Origin: a virus
Taxonomy: Duplodnaviria > Caudoviricetes
Virus record (IMG/VR): IMGVR_UViG_3300043122_000036
Coordinates: 1 to 26,465 of that record
Length of the DNA stretch: 26,465 bases
Reading direction: 5' to 3' (one strand)
Position 1 is the first letter of the stretch; every line of letters begins with the position of its first letter. Shown one piece after another: positions 26,029 through 26,465 of the stretch. The position numbers and the translations under genes are program-made. The notes beneath the pieces were generated by a model that ran no database searches, was not told where the DNA came from, and was given only the letters and a program-made list of their open reading frames with translations.

Positions 26029-26309
26029 AGTAGCAACCACTCAACAATCGACTCACCACAAGAAATAAACAATATCACAAGCGCCACGGCGGTGACCCAG
26101 CAATTTAACGACTCACATTCTAGTGCGTGAACATCGTTTCTCATAATGTACTCGGCATCAATCCAAGCCACAATCTCCCAGCCGTTGCCGTCCATGAAAT
26201 CAACTGACACATTGTCGTCATCGTCAATTTTAAAGAACCACAGTCGGCCGTTAAGGATTTGCCAGTAGTGCGCTCCTTTTGGCGCTAGTTTACGTATTTG
26301 GTGGGTCAT
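26025..26309 (-). CDS. hypothetical protein with C-terminal hydrophobic helix
   Basis: APKGAHYW N-terminus; WVTAVALVILFISC; SD GGAG. Confidence 0.7.
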   Translation of the reverse strand: MTHQIRKLAPKGAHYWQILNGRLWFFKIDDDDNVSVDFMDGNGWEIVAWIDAEYIMRNDVHALECESLNCWVTAVALVILFISCGESIVEWLLL

Positions 26310-26464
26310 TCATCTTCTCCACTATCTTCAATAATTATCTCACCAGCTTTCGGCTGTTCAGTTCTATTGCGCCATCCTTGGCCGATATTATCATCTAGCC
26401 ACCTCTCGCAGTTTGTTCCTTGTGGCGTGTTGCTGAGAACATAGGCTAGGAGCTCCTTGACGTA
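26306..26464 (-). CDS. 3' end of a hypothetical protein (partial)
   Basis: Open frame ...YVKELLAYVLSNTPQGTNCERWLDDNIGQGWRNRTEQPKAGEIIIEDSGEDE* whose TGA overlaps the next ATG. Confidence 0.55.
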   Translation of the reverse strand, partial: YVKELLAYVLSNTPQGTNCERWLDDNIGQGWRNRTEQPKAGEIIIEDSGEDE

Positions 26465-26465
26465 A

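Noticed and set aside
1-26465. CRISPR array, integrase/att site, IS element, intron/intein, DGR
   Set aside because: No regularly spaced repeats, recombinase, transposase, reverse transcriptase or splicing motifs were seen by manual reading.

Overview
A 26.5 kb segment of a tailed dsDNA phage (siphovirus architecture; gammaproteobacterial host likely but inferred). No integrase, att site or repressor-integrase cassette lies in the window. Left part (1-7124) is a replication module diverging from a palindromic promoter region at about 2.65 kb. Leftward: an HTH-like gene, a small gene and a primase-helicase fusion that the ORF track missed because it runs off the window. Rightward: SSB-like protein, DEAH helicase, VRR-NUC nuclease and a separately promoted ART-fold-like gene. 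Right part (7123-26465, minus strand) is the late region: minor head protein, a structured non-coding block with tRNA-Arg(UCU), scaffold, major capsid, head-tail joining genes, tail tube, frameshifted G/GT chaperones, tape measure, tail tip, tailspike, M15 endolysin and holin-like genes. Highlights: (1) a candidate ~75-nt small RNA (7050-7124) complementary to the Shine-Dalgarno/start-codon regions of four distant non-structural genes, all starting AAATGAAC; (2) a promoter-driven cluster of structured RNAs including a kissing-loop RNA upstream of the tRNA; (3) a proteasome/HslV-like Ntn-hydrolase among the neck genes; (4) a stand-alone acidic ART-fold-like gene; (5) a recurrent TGTTGAC-16 bp promoter/operator design. 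All calls come from manual reading; no database searches were run.
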